From: a virus
DNA: 31,399 bases
Virus record (IMG/VR): IMGVR_UViG_3300001530_000192
Direction: 5' to 3' (one strand)
Numbering within the stretch: the stretch's first letter is position 1; the number at the start of each line of letters is the position of its first letter. The translations under genes and the position numbers were made by a program. This document shows, piece after piece, positions 31,197 to 31,399 of the stretch. The notes under the pieces are model-generated. The model had not been told where the DNA came from, did no database searches, and worked only from the letters and a program-made list of their open reading frames with translations.

Positions 31197-31399
31197 ATAG
31201 ATTAAAAAGCAGGGGCGAACACCACCAGAGTCGGAAGCATTGGGGTAGGCACTATTACCATAGCCGCCGACACCGCAGAAGCCCGAAGCAGACCATACAT
31301 CTCTTAACCAATACCATTGTCTAGCATTACTATCATTAAATGCTATTTGCTTACTCTTATCCAATCTAAATAAAGATAATTGTGACTTATCAATAGTAT
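31194..31399 (-). CDS. DGR variable target protein, 3' part (C-terminal variable region). This is the same gene as 1..766 joined through the circular seam.
   Basis: The frame is continuous with 766..1. The C-terminus reads ...WYWLRDVWSASGFCGVGGYGNSAYPNASDSGGVRPCFLIY, ending at TAA 31194-31196. Confidence 0.85.
   Translation of the reverse strand, partial: TIDKSQLSLFRLDKSKQIAFNDSNARQWYWLRDVWSASGFCGVGGYGNSAYPNASDSGGVRPCFLIY
31205..31289 (-). repeat. DGR variable repeat (VR) at the 3' end of the target gene. Positions 31250-31289 are duplicated at 1-40.
   Basis: It aligns to TR 30408-30492. There are 12 substitutions in the 80-bp core plus 1 at the 3' boundary, and every one lies opposite a TR adenine. 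Confidence 0.9.
31250..31399. repeat. Terminal direct repeat, right copy (identical to 1..150).
   Basis: See the left copy (1..150). Confidence 0.95.

Noticed and set aside
1-31399. tRNA, rRNA or tmRNA genes.
   Set aside because: No GC-rich cloverleaf-like segment or T-loop (GGTTCGAAT-type) motif was seen by eye. The few GC-rich islands are explained by the TR/VR, the VR hairpin and the hnh 3' end. A tRNAscan run would be needed to be certain.

Overview
This window is one complete, circularly closed genome (unit length 31,249 bp) of a temperate, AT-rich siphovirus-like phage or excised prophage. Strong AGGAGG ribosome-binding sites point to a Firmicutes-type host. Bases 1-150 are identical to 31250-31399, so the window is one genome unit plus a 150-nt overlap, and the seam cuts through a gene.

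Almost all genes are on the minus strand, in this order:
- cro-like switch and early/replication genes (24.3 -> 15.7 kb)
- HNH endonuclease, terminase and HK97-type head genes (15.5 -> 7.4 kb)
- tail genes, including a -1 frameshifted chaperone and the tape measure (7.4 -> 0.8 kb)
- a complete diversity-generating retroelement (DGR)
- an XhlA / holin / CHAP-CW_7 endolysin lysis cassette

The DGR is the main finding. It consists of:
- a tail-fibre-adjacent variable target gene (766 -> 1, continuing 31249 -> 31194), with its VR at 31205..31289
- its own promoter
- an Avd-like gene
- the template repeat (TR, 30408..30492)
- a spacer
- a DGR-type reverse transcriptase (29150..30286)

TR and VR differ only at TR adenines, mostly in AAY codons.

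The plus strand carries the lysogeny module: a CI/LexA-like repressor, a small membrane ORF, a tyrosine integrase, and a promoter-to-terminator 'moron' cassette.

Other structure not explained by the ORFs:
- three copies of a conserved late-promoter-like motif, each followed by a terminator-like hairpin
- a perfect 28-bp inverted repeat bracketing the immunity region
- four operator palindromes
- TATCC iterons inside the replisome-organizer gene
- 11-bp iterons in the probable attP region
- a second, short tyrosine recombinase in the early operon

All functional names come from motifs and synteny recognised by eye. No database search was run.
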